From contig JBHHXT010000015.1 in assembly GCA_046757165.1 (NCBI GenBank), positions 1 to 49,265 on the forward strand: a DNA stretch of 49,265 nucleotides. The letters are read 5' to 3'. Source of the DNA: a bacterium. Lineage in GTDB: Bacteria; Zhuqueibacterota; Zhuqueibacteria; Oceanimicrobiales; Oceanimicrobiaceae. A program made the position numbers and the translations under genes. Shown in pieces: positions 38,466 through 48,592 of this stretch. Positions within the stretch are counted from its first letter, which is position 1. Each line of letters starts with the position of its first letter. The notes beneath the pieces were generated by a model that saw nothing but the letters and a program-made list of their open reading frames with translations, ran no database searches and was not told where the DNA came from.

Positions 38466-39099
38466 CGGCCGTCACCTTGCTGTTGGTTTGAAATGAGGTC
38501 ACTTTTTTGAGCAGCACCGAGGAATATTTTTCGATTTCCAGCACCAGGCTCTCCGCCTTGTTGATAAAATAGTTGTACACCACGACCGCCGGGATACCGA
38601 TGGAAAGTCCAACGATGGTGGTGATGAGCGCCTCAGAAATCCCGCCGGAAAGTGCACTTGCCTGTCCCACACCCATTTCCGAGATCACGTTGAAAACTTT
38701 CAGAATACCGACCACGGTTCCTAGCAGACCGAGCAGCGGCGCGATGCCGGCGATGGTTTCCAGGATCACCAGGCCGCGTTCGAGTACGTACACCTCCTGT
38801 CTGCCCTGGTCATTGAGTGCCTCCTTGAGCTCGTCCTTCGGCCAGTCGCGATTTTCCAGGCCAACACGAATGATGCTGGCGAACGATCCCTCGTGCTTTT
38901 CACAGATGGATATGGCCAGGCCAATGTCATCCGCTCCTTTGATATTGTCCAGAACATTGACGATCTCAGGAACGATCACTTTTGTGCGGCGCAGGGCAAT
39001 GGTTTTCTCGATCACGATCGCCAGTCCTAGAACCGAGCAAAGAAGCAGCGGATACATGACAAACCCGCCCCTGCTGAAGAAATCCAATACATGCTCCAT
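38449..39099 (-). CDS. exbB: MotA/TolQ/ExbB proton channel
   Basis: GGFVMYPL, APLLGLLGTV and GISEALITT motifs; ATG 39099 behind AAGGA. Confidence 0.92.
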   Translation of the reverse strand: MEHVLDFFSRGGFVMYPLLLCSVLGLAIVIEKTIALRRTKVIVPEIVNVLDNIKGADDIGLAISICEKHEGSFASIIRVGLENRDWPKDELKEALNDQGRQEVYVLERGLVILETIAGIAPLLGLLGTVVGILKVFNVISEMGVGQASALSGGISEALITTIVGLSIGIPAVVVYNYFINKAESLVLEIEKYSSVLLKKVTSFQTNSKVTADAVQS

Positions 39100-39175
39100 G
39101 AGTTTATCCTTTCTAATGCTTAGCAAACATTTCCAGATAGCAAACGGGCTGAATTCAACCTAACAGGAACCGCGA

Positions 39176-40093
39176 CTACCGGCGGTTCCTGTCTACAAAA
39201 TAAGAGAACTTCGCAGTCACCTCTAAATATTCCTTCGGAAAGTGTCTTGGCAGCTTCGGGAACGGCGCTGAAACCCGGATGGCGTTGCGGCTGGTCTCCA
39301 TCAGCGTCTTGTGGCCGTCGTAGCGTATGACCTCAAAGTGGCTCATTTGCCCATCCGGATGAATCCTGAACCGCAGCAGGGTATTGCCATCAATGAGCCC
39401 CAGACGGGTAAACGCAGTGGGCGGAAAAATATTGCGTTCGACTTTTCTCTTCAGAGCCATCATGTACGGCGCGAAATCCCACGCATACGTATTGAAAGAC
39501 AACCCGCCAAAGTCTGGTGCAAAAGTGGCCTGGTTGTCGTATCTCACTCGGGGCGCACTGCGCTGCACACCAGGGGTTGTGGTCGCTTTCTTCTTGACCA
39601 GATAATCACGGCGGAACTGGCTTGCGTTGTTGAAAGCATAATAATCCCGTGGCTGCGGGTCCGCGAGGTTCTCGCTCGCAGACTGAGACGGGTCACGAGA
39701 ATCTGCTTCGGCCCGATCTCCGTTCTCGCCCTGGGGTCCCCGAAGGGTTGGCAGCTCCGGCACGTCGAGATCGCCGCGGGCGAATGGAGCGCCACTGTCG
39801 AGATTCCGGTCTGCATCCGGATTCCGCGCGCGCGCGTTTTTATCCGACAATAAATCGGCTGCCTCCTGCTTTTCCACCACCCTGGCATCATCGGGCGTCT
39901 CGATGACCTGCTGCGCGCGAGGGGGCGGCTCGAATTCGAACACAATAGGGTTATCTGCAAGCAATGGGTTTTCCTGACCGTCGCAGGAGTACAGATTGAG
40001 AATAATCGCAAGCACCGCGTAGAAGATGAGATGAGCATGCAGCAGGAAAGAAACCAGGACCGTATATTTTCTTATGCCGTTATTCACCATCAT
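39176..40093 (-). CDS. TonB/TolA family energy transducer
   Basis: N-terminal TM with SxxLH, low-complexity linker and TonB C-terminal-like domain (FRIHPDG...APFPKLP); upstream of exbBD. Confidence 0.75.
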   Translation of the reverse strand: MMVNNGIRKYTVLVSFLLHAHLIFYAVLAIILNLYSCDGQENPLLADNPIVFEFEPPPRAQQVIETPDDARVVEKQEAADLLSDKNARARNPDADRNLDSGAPFARGDLDVPELPTLRGPQGENGDRAEADSRDPSQSASENLADPQPRDYYAFNNASQFRRDYLVKKKATTTPGVQRSAPRVRYDNQATFAPDFGGLSFNTYAWDFAPYMMALKRKVERNIFPPTAFTRLGLIDGNTLLRFRIHPDGQMSHFEVIRYDGHKTLMETSRNAIRVSAPFPKLPRHFPKEYLEVTAKFSYFVDRNRR

Positions 40094-40098
40094 TGTTC

Positions 40099-40851
40099 CT
40101 AAATACGCACCTGCATCAAATCGCGTGCGATGCTGGCTTTGCCACCAAACTGCTTGCCCACTGCTGTCAGCACCTGCACCTCATCGAACGGCGGGTAGAG
40201 ATGGGTCAGGATCAGGTGCTTCACCCCGGCGGCAGACGCGATGCGACCGGCTTCTGTCGGCGTCAGGTGGCCTGCTGTTTTGTGATCATCATCGAACGAG
40301 CATTCCAGCACCAGCACATCTGCATCTCTTGCCAATTCGACAATATCATCACACATATCCGTATCGCCGGAATAGACCAGCACCTTGCCCGTTTGCTCAA
40401 AGCGATAACCTATCGCATGCTGGGAGTGACGCATGAGCCCCGATTGCAGGCCAAACGACCTGAGCGCGATGTTCGATTCTGCCAATTCCGTGATTTCAAT
40501 GTCGTAAGCAACCTCCACCATGCTGCGACCATAGACATCCAGCAGTTTGTCATAGAACGCGGCAAACCCGACCGGGCCGAAAATGTGCAGCATTTGGGTA
40601 CGCGCAAACCCGGGTGTGTTTTTGCTCGCGAACAAAAAGGGGATCAGGTCGATGGTGTGGTCGGGGTGCAAATGTGTGTAGAACAGCTTGTCTATCTCTT
40701 TGTATGAGATGCCGGCCCGCAGTGCATTGAGCAACGCACCGGTTCCGCCATCGATGAGACAAGTCTCACCGTCGACTCTGAGAAGGTAACCGGACGGGCC
40801 CCGTTCATGCTGCAACGCCGCTGTGCCACTGCCGAGTATGATCAACTCCAT
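40099..40851 (-). CDS. MBL-fold metallohydrolase (RNase Z/BN-like)
   Basis: LIILGSG, THLHPDH, YSGDT, ECSF, GHLT and LTHLY motifs. Confidence 0.88.
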   Translation of the reverse strand: MELIILGSGTAALQHERGPSGYLLRVDGETCLIDGGTGALLNALRAGISYKEIDKLFYTHLHPDHTIDLIPFLFASKNTPGFARTQMLHIFGPVGFAAFYDKLLDVYGRSMVEVAYDIEITELAESNIALRSFGLQSGLMRHSQHAIGYRFEQTGKVLVYSGDTDMCDDIVELARDADVLVLECSFDDDHKTAGHLTPTEAGRIASAAGVKHLILTHLYPPFDEVQVLTAVGKQFGGKASIARDLMQVRI

Positions 40852-41690
40852 AGTTGCTGCTTTTGCATCCAAAATTTGTTCGCTGCCCAGTAGCCGCGCC
40901 AATTGCCGCAGTCGAATAAATCACCGTGCAACCGTTTGCCAAGTAAGCGTTTGCCCTGTTCCAACGCTTGCAGTATCGGAACCTCGTCTTTTCTGCTCAG
41001 CTCGTCCTGGGAAAATCTCTGTGCCAGGTCAAAAAACTCGGCGGTCAGGATGGTCCGGCCACAGGAGCGCAGGACGGTTTGCTGCCCTGCCAGCTGGAAT
41101 GACTCCCGCGACTTGTCCTGGAGAGCAATGACATAGAACACATCTTCTCGTATCTCTTTCAGGGTGACGTGCCCGCTGTTGCTAAACAAGGGCGCGGTGG
41201 CGGGCGTCACTTCTACTAACCCCAAAACGCTCAGGCCATATTCCCTGAAAGCCACCTGCAACTGGCTGCAGGCTGATTGCTCGCCCCAGAGGATGTTGTC
41301 CGGCATCAGCAGAAAAAATGGCGCCTGTCCAATGTACTTCTTAGACTTCGCAACCGCATCAACGATTCCAAGTGCCCGGGGCTGGTGCAGAAATACCAGG
41401 TTGCTCTGCTGTAACATCGGCATCGTGATCCCGAAAGGCAGGGTTGTTCCGTCGCTTTCCTGCCCGATCCGCTGATAAAAGTGCTCGATGGCCGGCTTTC
41501 TTTCTTTGTTAATGATCACGAATACATCCGTCACGCCAGCAGAGAGGGCCTCACAGATTGCATAGTGCAGCATGGGTAGATTTCCAATGGGCAGCAACTC
41601 TTTGGGCACAGCACGGGTCAGCGGCAGCATGCGCGTTCCCATGCCTGCTGCCGGAATGACCGCCACCCTGACCGCCTGGCTATTATACAT
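40842..41690 (-). CDS. Sugar-phosphate nucleotidyltransferase (divergent GalU-like)
   Basis: IPAAGMGTRMLPLTRAVPKELLP, QPRALG and FDCGN motifs. Confidence 0.8.
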   Translation of the reverse strand: MYNSQAVRVAVIPAAGMGTRMLPLTRAVPKELLPIGNLPMLHYAICEALSAGVTDVFVIINKERKPAIEHFYQRIGQESDGTTLPFGITMPMLQQSNLVFLHQPRALGIVDAVAKSKKYIGQAPFFLLMPDNILWGEQSACSQLQVAFREYGLSVLGLVEVTPATAPLFSNSGHVTLKEIREDVFYVIALQDKSRESFQLAGQQTVLRSCGRTILTAEFFDLAQRFSQDELSRKDEVPILQALEQGKRLLGKRLHGDLFDCGNWRGYWAANKFWMQKQQLWS

Positions 41691-41719
41691 AATCTATTTC
41701 TGTAATATTCCTGCGGCGC

Positions 41720-42043
41720 TCAACCTGACCGGGTCTCCTGCTGAATCCAGTCGAGATAGTCTTGTGAACCGGCGATGATAGGGATGGCAATGATTTCTGG
41801 CACCTCATAGCTATGCAGCGCTTTGATCCTGGTGATCAGGTCCGTCAGGTGAGACCTCACGCTCTTAATCATCATCAACGTTTCATCTTCCTGACACACC
41901 TTGCCTTGCCAGTTGAATACCGAGTTTACGGCATCGACAATATTGACACAGGCAGCGAGCCGCCTTTCCACCAGCTCGTTGGCGATATTCTGCGCTTCCT
42001 CATGGGAGCCGGCAGTGACAAAGATGATAATCTCCTCTGCCAT
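41720..42043 (-). CDS. cutA: Divalent-cation tolerance protein CutA
   Basis: LVERRLAACVN, WQGK and HSYEVPEI motifs. Confidence 0.93.
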   Translation of the reverse strand: MAEEIIIFVTAGSHEEAQNIANELVERRLAACVNIVDAVNSVFNWQGKVCQEDETLMMIKSVRSHLTDLITRIKALHSYEVPEIIAIPIIAGSQDYLDWIQQETRSG

Positions 42044-42052
42044 CTCTTCTCC

Positions 42053-43450
42053 TTAGAATGAAAAAAACTCATGATACCGGGGGGCGAACCCTTCAGGCCA
42101 GTATTCGCCACTTTCCGGGTTCAAGATATAATTGCCTCGATAAGCCTCTCGGCTGATTTTCTCCATGGCCTGCAGCACGAAGTCCACCTCTCCCGCTTGA
42201 TTGTACATGCCGAAGCTGATGCGAACCATCCCGGGAAGCTCCACAGGAAGTCCTCGTAGAATCTGCTCATAGAACTCGTCAGACTCATCATCAGAAAAAT
42301 CGAGCAGGCTCTTCACGTAGGGATGGGCGCAGAAACAGCCGTGGCGCACGCCAACTCCAAACTCACATCCCAGGATGGCCGCTGTTTTGGGATGCGGCAT
42401 CCCGCTGACGTTGAACGGCACAACGCCCAGCCTGAAATCGGGATCTGTTCTACGGGTGCCATAGAGCTCAATCTGCCCGATCTTCTCCAGGCCGCTCAGC
42501 ATGCGCTCGGTCAGGCTGCACTCATGTTCGGCCACGGTCTCCATGCCAATTTCGCCCAGGGTCTTGACCGCGAATCCGAGCGCGACCACGCCCACGACAT
42601 TTGGCGAGCCCGCTTCCTCCCGGTCAGGCGGATCGCGCCAGATGATGTCCTCGTGATTCACGAACTTTACCGTGCCGCCACCAGAATAATCGGGCGGGCC
42701 TTGCAGAAAGACGTCCGGCCATCCGATGAGGGCGCCCGTGCCATACGGGGCGTACATCTTGTGCGCCGAGATAGCGAGATAGTCGATGGCCCTCTCCTCT
42801 CCCCTTTTCCCCATATTGATTCTGCGGTGCGGCGCCAGTTGGGCAGCGTCGACAAAAAGCTGTGCACCATACTTGTGTGCCAGGTCTGCCGCCTTGTAAA
42901 TCGGATTGATGATGCCGCTGACATTGGAAGCGCCGGTGATAGCCACCAACGGCACCTTGCCCTCATGCTGTTTCAGTTTTGCCTCGAGATGATTCAGATC
43001 GACACGGCCATCGCCGTCGAGACCGACCCATTCGACCTTGACATGCCGCCGCCAGGGAAGGTCGTTCGAGTGATGCTCCATCAAGCTGGTGAGCAGCACA
43101 TCTCCGCTCTTAAAGGGGTAACGGTTCGCCAGTTTGTTGACGGCTTCCGTGGTATTCTTGCCAAAAATAGCCACGCGCTCACAGGGATCGCCACCGAGGA
43201 AGGAAACAACCAGCTTCCTCGCCTCTTCGTACGCCCACGACGCCAACTGCGATTTGAATCCTGCGCCCCGGTGAATGCTGGAGTACCACTCGACAAAGCG
43301 ATTGAGTCCCTCCTGCACCGGTTTGAGAACCGGTGTGCTGGCCGCATTGTCGAGATTGATGTATCGTCTCAAACTGCCATCGAGCAGCGGTATGGACAAG
43401 TCACCGCCGATGATCTGACGCAATTCTGAAACCATCCCCATGGTGTGCAC
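42053..43450 (-). CDS. Class V PLP aminotransferase (cysteine desulfurase-like)
   Basis: LDNAAST, EHHSN, DAAQ, SAHKMYAP and RHGCFCAHP motifs. Confidence 0.88.
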   Translation of the reverse strand: MHTMGMVSELRQIIGGDLSIPLLDGSLRRYINLDNAASTPVLKPVQEGLNRFVEWYSSIHRGAGFKSQLASWAYEEARKLVVSFLGGDPCERVAIFGKNTTEAVNKLANRYPFKSGDVLLTSLMEHHSNDLPWRRHVKVEWVGLDGDGRVDLNHLEAKLKQHEGKVPLVAITGASNVSGIINPIYKAADLAHKYGAQLFVDAAQLAPHRRINMGKRGEERAIDYLAISAHKMYAPYGTGALIGWPDVFLQGPPDYSGGGTVKFVNHEDIIWRDPPDREEAGSPNVVGVVALGFAVKTLGEIGMETVAEHECSLTERMLSGLEKIGQIELYGTRRTDPDFRLGVVPFNVSGMPHPKTAAILGCEFGVGVRHGCFCAHPYVKSLLDFSDDESDEFYEQILRGLPVELPGMVRISFGMYNQAGEVDFVLQAMEKISREAYRGNYILNPESGEYWPEGFAPRYHEFFSF

Positions 43451-43617
43451 CTTCTGCTATGATTTATTGCAACGGTTTTTGTGAAACCTGAAAAATCGAA
43501 CGTGAGACGCGCCATCCCCACGATGCCAGCGAGGGGGTGTGGGCACGTTTCGCGTCTCACCTCTCACGTTTGCACCTCGGAATAATTTCCAATATAAAAC
43601 TTACATCGCACATAAGC

Positions 43618-43652
43618 AAAAAAAAATCAACACAGAGTGTGTTGATTTTTTT
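43618..43652. terminator. Bidirectional-type intrinsic terminator downstream of the PorV/PorQ-like gene
   Basis: A-tract, ATCAACAC/GTGTTGAT stem, T-tract. Confidence 0.7.
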
Positions 43653-43674
43653 GAGTGAGATGAGCAGACGCCCG

Positions 43675-44592
43675 TCAAAATCGTCCCACCAGGGAAAACC
43701 GGTTTAGCGAGCCCACCTCTCCAAAAGAAGAAAAGGAATAATCGACGTTAAACGTATTGATCTTGAAGCCAAGCCCGAATGAAACGCCGGCAAACCGGTC
43801 TTTGTCTGTGTCCACCTTCTGGTCCTGGCCAACCGAATTGTAGCCCAAACGCGCGAACAGTTGCTCTGTCAGGGCGATTTCGCCGCCAACGCGAAAATCG
43901 AGGCTCTCCTCTTCATACTTGACCACCGCTGCGCTCAACATCACGGGGAGGTGCTCCAGGGTTTTTGAAAAGCCGAATTGCACGTTGAGCGGCAGGTCAT
44001 CCTCGGTTTCGATGAACGCACTGGTCGTCGTTCCTAAATTGAAGACAGCAAAACCGAGGTTCAATTTCTTGTCAGGAATCGCGAAAATGACTCCCGCATC
44101 CAGCGCCACTGCCGTCTGTGTAAGATTGTCTATCTGAAACCGAATATATTTGACACTCGCCCCCGCCGACAAATTCTTGAGCAGAGGTTTTGCGTACGCA
44201 ACCGAAAGCACCAGCCCGCTGGCGCCAAATTCGCCGGTGTTTTGGTTGCTCTCGTCCCTGCCCTCGAACTGGCCAAAATCGATAAAACTCAGTGCGACTG
44301 AAGCGGTACTATTCGAAAACGGATGGGCATAGGCCAGGAATCCGGACTGGAAGTCGAGCAGATGGTTCAGGTACGACAGCGTCCCCTGTCTCTTGTGGAT
44401 GGCTGAGACACCCGCCGGATTGTAGGCAATATCGTGAATGTCGCCTGGAATCGCGACGAACGCGCCACCCATGGCAGAAGGCCTGGCGCCAACCAGGGTG
44501 CGCAAGAAATCATAGCCGACCGCAGTTTGGGATTGAAGCGTGAATGGGAAAAACAGGACAACGAAAACAGAGAGGCAAGAGTACTTCTTCAT
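43675..44592 (-). CDS. PorV/PorQ-family outer-membrane beta-barrel
   Basis: Signal peptide, FL...GARPSAMGGA...YNPAG motif, alternating beta-strands and C-terminal Phe. Confidence 0.8.
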   Translation of the reverse strand: MKKYSCLSVFVVLFFPFTLQSQTAVGYDFLRTLVGARPSAMGGAFVAIPGDIHDIAYNPAGVSAIHKRQGTLSYLNHLLDFQSGFLAYAHPFSNSTASVALSFIDFGQFEGRDESNQNTGEFGASGLVLSVAYAKPLLKNLSAGASVKYIRFQIDNLTQTAVALDAGVIFAIPDKKLNLGFAVFNLGTTTSAFIETEDDLPLNVQFGFSKTLEHLPVMLSAAVVKYEEESLDFRVGGEIALTEQLFARLGYNSVGQDQKVDTDKDRFAGVSFGLGFKINTFNVDYSFSSFGEVGSLNRFSLVGRF

Positions 44593-44681
44593 TCAGATGA
44601 CCACCAGTATATGAAAGTTGCACTAGAGTTATCGAAACTAACAAGCACGAACGAAAAATGCAAGCGAAAACGTAACTCAAC

Positions 44682-45002
44682 TATTCAGGCCGATAGGCTG
44701 TAAGCGTTTAGGCTGTAGGAAGCTGAGAACATCTGCGGTTTCGGTTCCATCGAATCCAGGTGCTTCAACGTCGGGATCGAAGGATGTGCAAGAGAACATG
44801 AAGGCCACTAACTCTAAGATCGAAAAAAAAACTGAACCCTAAAAAACGTCTTGCCAAAAAATGACAAAACTTGACTTGTCAGCGCCTAATAGCCTGGTTT
44901 TCCTGCAAGACTGTGCTTGCAAGAAATGGAGTTGTGGAGAAATGGAGTGTTGGATTTTCGGCCAGCCATTACTCCAGAGCCTACAGCCTATCGGCCTGAA
45001 TA
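44682..45002. repeat. Non-coding element bounded by perfect 21-bp inverted repeats
   Basis: TATTCAGGCCGATAGGCTGTA (44682-44702) and its reverse complement (44982-45002). Confidence 0.7.
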
Positions 45003-45023
45003 CCCTTGAGGCCTGGTGGTTCT

Positions 45024-45100
45024 TGGAGCCACCTGTCGGAGTCGAACCGACGACCTGCGCATTACGAATGCGCTGCTCTGGCCAGCTGAGCTAAGGTGGC
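45024..45100 (-). tRNA. tRNA-Thr(CGT)
   Basis: 77-nt cloverleaf: acceptor GCCACCT/AGGTGGC, anticodon arm GCGCA-TTCGTAA-TGCGC, GTTCGA T-loop and encoded CCA. Confidence 0.97.
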
Positions 45101-45143
45101 TGGTGTCAAATGAAGCAGCAGGGTCTTAAAAAAAACACGCATA

Positions 45144-45171
45144 AATATAACAAGAAATAGAGAAAATGCAA
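45144..45171 (-). promoter_or_regulatory. Putative tRNA promoter
   Basis: TTGCAT-N16-TATATT upstream of the tRNA. Confidence 0.45.
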
Positions 45172-45187
45172 GCTTTATTTGGTGGCA

Positions 45188-48100
45188 TTACAGGCTGCCT
45201 CTGCGCCGCAGCCAAACAAATCCGGTGCTCAGGACCACCAAAGCCAGGAGGAGCCAGACCAGCCAATTGGGTGAATGCTCACGTCCGGGGTCCCCATACA
45301 GGACAAACGAGGCCCAATAAAACGGATGCTGATGGTAAGCACCGCCCTGCTCGTTGACCTGGTTGAGGACATCCCGCTTCGCCTGCCAAAGCGCCTCCGC
45401 CTTGGACCTGCCCTGCCCGAGATAGTAGCCATAAAACGCCGGCATCAGCTCCGAGGCAAATCTATCATCGACTTTCCAGGTTGTCATCAAAACGGACCGG
45501 GCGCCGCCCTCGAGAAACTGTCTCGGTAAGCCCAGGAGTCCCTCACCCTTGACAACCTGGCCGCGTCCGGTTTCGCAGGCGCTGAGGGTCACAAGCTCAC
45601 AGTCCAGCTCATAATCCGGAATCTCGTAGCCCATCAAGATGCCGTCATCAGTCGAATCCTCGCTGGCCGTCAGAATCAGGCCGGAAAAATCCGAGAACAC
45701 GGTGTCTGAAAACGCATGGGTCGCAAAATGCAGAATCTGTGTCTCTGGTGCGTGGGCCCGCAGGTTGGCTTTGGTCGCCAGGTTGCGAGCCAGGATCGTG
45801 GTGTTGGGGTGCAGGGATCGGATCGCCACGGCCTCTCGCTTTGCATACTCCAGCGGCTCGAAACTCCACGGGACGCTGAACCGCAACGCCGCTTTGCGTG
45901 TGAAGCCTGTTATGGTCCCCTCAGGACTGGCCACCGCCAGCACACGCGGCCGGGAGGGTGTCCGGCCCGATTCAGTCTCGAGAAACGCACCCGGGCTATA
46001 GGCAATGGCGTGCTCTAACCCGAAAAACTTGTCTTTGTAGGATGGAACATCCAGGGGCGTGTATCTCGGTTTCTCCGGCGCCTCCTGCAGCAACATCTCG
46101 AAAGGCAGCTTCATCAACGCGAAATCCGGGACAACCAGGATCTTTTCAGGCAGGGTAAACTGAGCCACCACCGGCTCGACAAGCGATTGATACAGCTTAT
46201 GGGCCATGTCCGCCCGAAACACCACGCTGTCGAGCTGCCCTTCCTTCACATTGTGGAGCGGCCCCAACAAGGCGTCGATGTCCCTGGCAAGCTCGGAGAC
46301 CTCTAACTGCAGCAATACGAGTTCCGCCTGCCCGTCGTACGCGACCAAAGCAAAGGACCGCTCTTCCGAAATATGGTATTGTACGTAACCCAAATCGGCC
46401 TGCTCGAGATAGGCCAGCACACCTTCGAGAGTTGGAATTCTGATGGCCTGGCGTGCCCGGGCGCTGCTATCGGCGGCAAAGGCTCGGAGCTTTTGCGCTT
46501 CCAGGGTATATCGTGCTGCCTCCAGCTCTGTCAACAAATCGATCAGCTCACCATCCGGAACGTATCTTTCTTTTTGCTCCCGGACCCGGCGCTGAACGAT
46601 TCGCAGTTGCTCGCGTGCCTGCAGGTATGCGCGGGAATGGGACGGGAGGGCTGTTCTCTGCCGCGCCTCTTTCAAGACACGGCTTCTGCCCAACTGGTAG
46701 AAATAAAACAAGCTGTCAAGGGCGGTGCGCTGGTGATTTCTTTCGTAAGAATCAAGATAGCAGTTGACCAGGTTTTGGTAAACCATGAACCCGTCGACAA
46801 AGTAGCCTTGCCGCAACTGCGAAACTTGAATTTTGTCTCTCGTCTTTTCCATAATGCGAGCAGCCTTTTTGTAGGAGGCGATCGCCTTTTGGGACTGATT
46901 CTGCCGCCGGCAGGCATTGCCATATCCCAGGTAAATTTCCCAGAGCATTTCGGTATTTTGTAGTTCGAGGGCGGTCTGCAACGCGAGCTCGTAGTAGCTT
47001 AAGGCCGAGGACAAACTGTCCAGGGCAAGTTCAACATCTCCCAACCTCAGCAGGGTCCAGCCTTCGCTCGTGCGCGCTCGAGCATCTCTGGAAGCTTTCA
47101 GGGCTTTGAGATACTCAATCCGCGCCTTATGGTAATCCCGTTCGAGCAAATAACAAGCGCCCAACCATCTTTGCCAGGTATAGAGGCGTCTTTTAAGATG
47201 TCGTGCTTCCAGGAATGAAATGAGTTCTCCGTAAAGCTCACGCGCTTTGCCGAAACGCCCTTTAAGGCGAAAAATATGGCCCAGCCTTGCCTTCGCCTCT
47301 TTCTCGCGGTCGTGCAGTCCCCCCTCGTGTGCGATGTCCAGAGCACGCAGCAGGGCATTTTCTGCCAGATCGACTTGTTTGAGCGCAATCATAATCGTCG
47401 CTTTGTCAAAAAATGTCTTGATCGCGGCATCCCTGGACTTCGCTTGCGGCAAGACATTTTCGCTCTTGCGGATGAGCGCCAGGGCATCCTGGTACTTGCC
47501 CAAAAAGTAGCTCGTCATGGCCAGTCCTCGATAGCGGTCGGCGACTTCGCTCTTGGCCGTCAAGGGGGTGACGTTTGCAATCGCTTCTTGAAAATGAGAT
47601 TCCGCTTCGGAATAGTCCCCCATCGCCATTTCTGAAAAGGCCAATTGCCCCATAATGTACGCGACCTGCCTTTTGTCTGCGATGGTGCTTGCGATCTCAA
47701 CGGCCTGCGCATAGTATTCTCTCGCCTCTTTGTACGTCCCAACGGTCTCCTTCAAGTATCCCAGGTAGGATAAGAACTCTGCCTCGGCCCTGAAGTTCTT
47801 TTCACGACGCGCGAACCGGTACGCTTGCTGCCAGACCGAGTCAGCCGCCTCATGTTGTCCGGTTGTGACATAACAGTTGGCCAGGACATGCAAAACCGTT
47901 AAATCATGAGAAAGCGAAGACGGCAGGTCAGTAAGAATCGGCAAAGCCTGGCGATCCTGATAACGTGAATAATGGTAGAAGGCGGCTACCGCATTCAGGA
48001 GCGAGGCATCGGATACGAGCTGTTCAAGAACCTGTCGGCCATCTGAGATTTCTGCATGCGAGACATCAAATTCCACAAACTCCTTGAGAAGAGCCATTGG

Positions 48101-48592
48101 TGGCCTGCGCTGATCGACACTCCTGATGGCCTGAAGATAGGCGTCGTAGGCATCCGATAGGCTTCCTTCCATTCTGAAAAGCCTGGCGAGCATCCATTGA
48201 CTGTTTGGCTCGTAAAGCGCCTCCCGGGATAGACGCTGAAAATACGTTATGGCCGTATTTTTTTGATCGTGGATGATGTACTGCTCGAGGAGCGTAAGAT
48301 AGGCACGCTCAAAGGCAGGGTGGTCTGCAATGAAACGCCTCAAACCCGCGTAGAGGTCAGCCAAAGGTCTGGTTTTGCTGGAATCCAGGAGCGTATTGAG
48401 TTTCTCATGAAGCTGGCCAAGAGTCTGGCCGGAAACTCCTGGCATTCCGGCCAGACCCATCGCAGCGGCTCCCTGCCCGAAAGGCACGGCCAGCTCGAAG
48501 CATAACGTCAAATAACAACAAACAACTAAGACTCGTCTCCGCAAATGTGGACTTGCTCCAGGAATGGGCCGGTTATCACAGCCAAAACTCAT
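45188..48592 (-). CDS. TPR-CHAT domain caspase-like protease with predicted signal peptide and C-terminal membrane anchor
   Basis: Many TPR-like helices, LVVPD, LPFE, LHFATHA (His), LSACETG (Cys), HPFYWASF and a C-terminal hydrophobic helix followed by RRR; start uncertain (48637, 48592 or 48544). Confidence 0.9.
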   Translation of the reverse strand: MSFGCDNRPIPGASPHLRRRVLVVCCYLTLCFELAVPFGQGAAAMGLAGMPGVSGQTLGQLHEKLNTLLDSSKTRPLADLYAGLRRFIADHPAFERAYLTLLEQYIIHDQKNTAITYFQRLSREALYEPNSQWMLARLFRMEGSLSDAYDAYLQAIRSVDQRRPPMALLKEFVEFDVSHAEISDGRQVLEQLVSDASLLNAVAAFYHYSRYQDRQALPILTDLPSSLSHDLTVLHVLANCYVTTGQHEAADSVWQQAYRFARREKNFRAEAEFLSYLGYLKETVGTYKEAREYYAQAVEIASTIADKRQVAYIMGQLAFSEMAMGDYSEAESHFQEAIANVTPLTAKSEVADRYRGLAMTSYFLGKYQDALALIRKSENVLPQAKSRDAAIKTFFDKATIMIALKQVDLAENALLRALDIAHEGGLHDREKEAKARLGHIFRLKGRFGKARELYGELISFLEARHLKRRLYTWQRWLGACYLLERDYHKARIEYLKALKASRDARARTSEGWTLLRLGDVELALDSLSSALSYYELALQTALELQNTEMLWEIYLGYGNACRRQNQSQKAIASYKKAARIMEKTRDKIQVSQLRQGYFVDGFMVYQNLVNCYLDSYERNHQRTALDSLFYFYQLGRSRVLKEARQRTALPSHSRAYLQAREQLRIVQRRVREQKERYVPDGELIDLLTELEAARYTLEAQKLRAFAADSSARARQAIRIPTLEGVLAYLEQADLGYVQYHISEERSFALVAYDGQAELVLLQLEVSELARDIDALLGPLHNVKEGQLDSVVFRADMAHKLYQSLVEPVVAQFTLPEKILVVPDFALMKLPFEMLLQEAPEKPRYTPLDVPSYKDKFFGLEHAIAYSPGAFLETESGRTPSRPRVLAVASPEGTITGFTRKAALRFSVPWSFEPLEYAKREAVAIRSLHPNTTILARNLATKANLRAHAPETQILHFATHAFSDTVFSDFSGLILTASEDSTDDGILMGYEIPDYELDCELVTLSACETGRGQVVKGEGLLGLPRQFLEGGARSVLMTTWKVDDRFASELMPAFYGYYLGQGRSKAEALWQAKRDVLNQVNEQGGAYHQHPFYWASFVLYGDPGREHSPNWLVWLLLALVVLSTGFVWLRRRGSL

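Noticed and set aside
43501..43570. GTGAGACGCG/CGCGTCTCAC inverted repeat as a riboswitch for the desulfurase-like gene
   Set aside because: No SAM or other aptamer consensus; it looks like a short-unit palindromic repeat.
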